Sequence record: SRR22947727_787
DNA length: 41,614 nucleotides
Reading direction: 5' to 3' (one strand)
Shown: piece by piece, positions 38,826 to 41,614 of the stretch
Numbering within the stretch: the first letter of the stretch is position 1
Layout: the number at the start of each line of letters is the position of its first letter
Notes under the pieces: model-generated
What the model was told of the DNA's origin: nothing
Seen by the model: the letters and a program-made list of their open reading frames with translations, nothing else
Database searches by the model: none
Position numbers and translations under genes: made by a program

Positions 38826-41444
38826 TTGAAACCAACAGAAACACCAAAAAAAATTAGTCCATTGATGAAACAATACAATGGAATTAAAACCAAATACCCT
38901 GACGCTTTACTGCTTTTCAGGGTAGGTGATTTCTATGAGACTTTCGGAGAAGACGCTATTAAAGCAGCGAGGATTTTAGGGATTGTGCTCACCCATAGAA
39001 ACAATGGTGGAGACAAAACGGAATTGGCTGGCTTCCCACACCACTCTTTAAACACTTATTTGCCAAAATTGGTGAAAGCGGGACAAAGGGTGGCCATTTG
39101 CGACCAATTAGAAGATCCCAAGCAAACCAAAACTATTGTCAAAAGAGGGGTCACCGAACTCATTACACCCGGAGTAGCTTTCAATGACGACATTCTCTCT
39201 GCCAAATCCAATAATTTCCTTGCAGCGCTTCATAAAACCAATAAGGGATTTGGGGTGGCTTTTTTAGACATTAGTACTGGAGAGTTTCTATGTGCACAAG
39301 GCACTGAAGAGTATATTGACAAGCTATTACAAAATTTTTCTCCTTCTGAAGTATTGGTTTCCAAACCAGAACGAAAAAACATTCAAGCCTCTTTTGGCGG
39401 GCATTGGCATTATTTTTTTGTGGAAGACTGGGTCTTTCAAGAACATTACGCCAAAGAAAGTCTCAACAAACAATTCAACACAAAAACGTTAGCTGGCTTT
39501 GGTGTAGAAAATTTACCCTTAGGTGTCATTGCCGCTGGAGTCGCTTTGCATTATTTGTCAGAAACCAGGCATGACAAATTGAGTCACATAAGCCGTCTCA
39601 ACAGAATTGCAGCAGACGCTTATGTATGGATGGATCGTTTTACGATTAAAAATTTAGAGCTTTTTCAGTCCAACGCTCCCGATGGTATTAGTCTATTAGA
39701 AGTGATAGATAAGACCACTACCCCAATGGGTGGTAGGCTGTTAAAAAGATGGTTGGCCCTACCTCTAAAAGACCAAAAAGCTATTGAGGCCAGACACCAA
39801 ATTGTGTCTCACCTTCAAGAAAACGCAGCATTAGAACAGCGATTTGAACAGGCTTTAAAAAGTATTGGAGACCTAGAAAGGCTTATCTCTAAGGTGGCCA
39901 CCACCAAGATAAGCCCTAGAGAGATGGTGCAGTTAAAGAATACTCTTCTGGCCCTTGGGCCCATTAAATCTCTCGCTACTGCTTCAGGCCAAAAAGCTTT
40001 GGCGCATTTGGCAGTAGGTATAGATCCTTTGGAACCGTTTACCCAATCTATTATGGCTTGCCTTGCTGAGGAGGCACCTGTTGTTATTGGAAAAGGAACC
40101 ACCATTGCCCCAGGCTACCACAACGCTTTAGATGAATTAAGAGACCTATCCAGCGCAGGAAAAAAACATTTAGACGCTATGCTCGCAAGAGAAATGGAAC
40201 GCACAGGAATTAGCAGCTTAAAAATTGCGTCTAACAATGTGTTTGGGTATTATATAGAAGTGAGAAATACCCATAAAGACAAGGTGCCTGAGGACTGGAT
40301 TAGAAAACAAACTTTGGTCAATGCGGAGCGTTATATAACAGAAGAACTCAAAACATACGAAACTAAAATAATCGGTGCGCAAGAAGAAATTTTAAGTATT
40401 GAACAAGCCCTATTTGAAGAATTGGTCTCTAAAGCACAGGCGTTTATTGTGCCCGTTCAAAAAAATGCGCATCAGGTGGCTACCCTAGATTGCCTGTGTG
40501 GTTTCAGTATTTTGGCTCGTGAACAAAATTATTGCCTCCCATACTTAGACCAAGGATTCTCTTTAGACCTTAAAGGCGCTAGACACCCTGTTATAGAACA
40601 GCAATTAGCTGTCGATGAAAAATATGTAGCTAACGATCTTTTCCTAGACAGAGAAAGCCAACAAATCATTATGATCACTGGGCCTAATATGAGTGGTAAA
40701 TCTGCTTTATTAAGACAAACCGCTTTGGTGGTGCTTATGGCGCAAATGGGCTCTTTTGTTCCAGCCAGTTCTGCGAAAATTGGCATAGTAGACAAAATTT
40801 TTACCCGAGTAGGTGCCTCTGACAATATTAGTCAAGGTGCTTCTACTTTTATGGTAGAAATGAACGAGACCGCAAGTATTCTGAACAACCTTTCTGAAAG
40901 AAGCCTGGTATTATTAGATGAAATTGGTCGTGGGACTAGTACTTATGACGGTATCTCTATTGCTTGGGCCATAACAGAGTATTTACACCAGCACAGCTCT
41001 AAAGCCAAAACCCTTTTTGCCACCCACTATCACGAGCTCAACGAGATGAGTGCGAGTTTTGAGCGAATAAAAAACTTTAATGTGGCCGTGAAAGAACTAA
41101 AAGACACGGTGCTTTTTATTAGGACATTAAGTCCTGGAGGTAGTGCACATAGTTTTGGAATTCATGTGGCTAAAATGGCGGGGATGCCTAATGAAGTACT
41201 ACAAAAAGCGAATAGCATATTAAAGAAGCTAGAGAAAAGTCACAGCAGCGAGCAACTCACCGGTAAGCTTCAAGAGATTCCCTCTGACATGCAACTCAGT
41301 ATTTTCAAATTAGACGACCCTATTTTAGAGCAAATCAAAGAAGAAATCTTAGATCTAGACATCAATAGCTTAACCCCTGTTGCAGCACTGCTAAAACTGG
41401 AAGAGATAAAAAAATTAATTGGCGGAAAAGATGCATCTCACTAA
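38826..41444 (+). CDS. mutS: DNA mismatch repair protein MutS
   Basis: SPLMKQY...FRVGDFYE, TGPNMSGKS, IFTRVGASD, STFMVEM, DEIGRGTST, FATHYHEL, SFGIHVA. Start uncertain (TTG 38826 preferred; ATG 38751 or 38865 possible). Confidence 0.97.
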   Translation: MKPTETPKKISPLMKQYNGIKTKYPDALLLFRVGDFYETFGEDAIKAARILGIVLTHRNNGGDKTELAGFPHHSLNTYLPKLVKAGQRVAICDQLEDPKQTKTIVKRGVTELITPGVAFNDDILSAKSNNFLAALHKTNKGFGVAFLDISTGEFLCAQGTEEYIDKLLQNFSPSEVLVSKPERKNIQASFGGHWHYFFVEDWVFQEHYAKESLNKQFNTKTLAGFGVENLPLGVIAAGVALHYLSETRHDKLSHISRLNRIAADAYVWMDRFTIKNLELFQSNAPDGISLLEVIDKTTTPMGGRLLKRWLALPLKDQKAIEARHQIVSHLQENAALEQRFEQALKSIGDLERLISKVATTKISPREMVQLKNTLLALGPIKSLATASGQKALAHLAVGIDPLEPFTQSIMACLAEEAPVVIGKGTTIAPGYHNALDELRDLSSAGKKHLDAMLAREMERTGISSLKIASNNVFGYYIEVRNTHKDKVPEDWIRKQTLVNAERYITEELKTYETKIIGAQEEILSIEQALFEELVSKAQAFIVPVQKNAHQVATLDCLCGFSILAREQNYCLPYLDQGFSLDLKGARHPVIEQQLAVDEKYVANDLFLDRESQQIIMITGPNMSGKSALLRQTALVVLMAQMGSFVPASSAKIGIVDKIFTRVGASDNISQGASTFMVEMNETASILNNLSERSLVLLDEIGRGTSTYDGISIAWAITEYLHQHSSKAKTLFATHYHELNEMSASFERIKNFNVAVKELKDTVLFIRTLSPGGSAHSFGIHVAKMAGMPNEVLQKANSILKKLEKSHSSEQLTGKLQEIPSDMQLSIFKLDDPILEQIKEEILDLDINSLTPVAALLKLEEIKKLIGGKDASH

Positions 41445-41513
41445 GGTTCAGACCCTTTATGTCTGCCTTAAAAAAAGAGCCCTTTATTTTCTTTAATTTT
41501 ATGCATTTTTACT

Positions 41514-41542
41514 TTGGGTTTTAGATAAAAGTCTTAAATTTG
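41514..41542 (+). promoter_or_regulatory. Sigma-A promoter of the tRNA gene
   Basis: TTG (41514-41516), N18, TAAATTTG (41535-41542). Confidence 0.7.
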
Positions 41543-41585
41543 CCCTCGCATTAGTAGTAATGCACGATCTTTAATAACATAAAAT

Positions 41586-41614
41586 GCGAAAGTAGCTCAG
41601 GGGTAGAGCATCAC
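41586..41614 (+). tRNA. tRNA 5' part, truncated by the window end; probably tRNA-Gly
   Basis: GCGAAAG-TA-GCTC-AGGGGTA-GAGC-A-TCAC gives the acceptor 5' strand, D-arm and start of the anticodon stem. A GCG start fits Gly, but the anticodon is outside the window. Confidence 0.85.

Noticed and set aside
3494..40825. Numerous 60-160 aa ORFs antisense to or overlapping the main genes (e.g. 4154-4627, 6880-7281, 12555-12947, 29191-29664, 30582-30938)
   Set aside because: They are shadows of well-supported genes, mostly on the opposite strand, with no recognisable motifs or independent expression signals.
41445..41614. tRNA as an integration site for a genomic island
   Set aside because: No integrase, att-like duplication or compositional shift is visible on this side, and the tRNA 3' end is outside the window.
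1..41614. CRISPR arrays, IS elements, prophage, toxin-antitoxin or defence genes
   Set aside because: No periodic repeats, transposase, integrase or phage-like ORFs were seen; almost all of the sequence is accounted for by core genes with short spacers.

Overview
A compact, AT-rich, core-genome region from a member of Bacteroidota, most likely Flavobacteriaceae. That assignment rests on TAnnTTTG promoters, a GLPGLI protein, DUF5686/DUF6089-type barrels and the nadK-uppS-bamA-skp-skp-murI gene order. About 33 housekeeping or envelope genes lie between a truncated metK (not in the supplied ORF track) and a truncated tRNA. I see no mobile element, CRISPR array, prophage or defence island, and cannot support a claim of a wholly new multi-gene system. 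The best signals are mostly non-coding or at residue level: (1) a SAM-II-type riboswitch with an inserted hairpin upstream of metK and no obvious expression platform; (2) a perfect 26-bp palindrome (likely operator) between divergent pdhB and etfBA; (3) an Skp/OmpH gene whose signal peptide has no ATG/GTG/TTG start (ATC at the expected position); (4) an ECF/sigmaE-like promoter for the GLPGLI + beta-barrel pair; (5) a membrane pyrophosphatase with the helix-5 Glu pattern of K+-dependent H+ pumps, next to a soluble PPase; (6) a possibly leaderless murI. All family assignments come from motif recognition by eye, not database searches.
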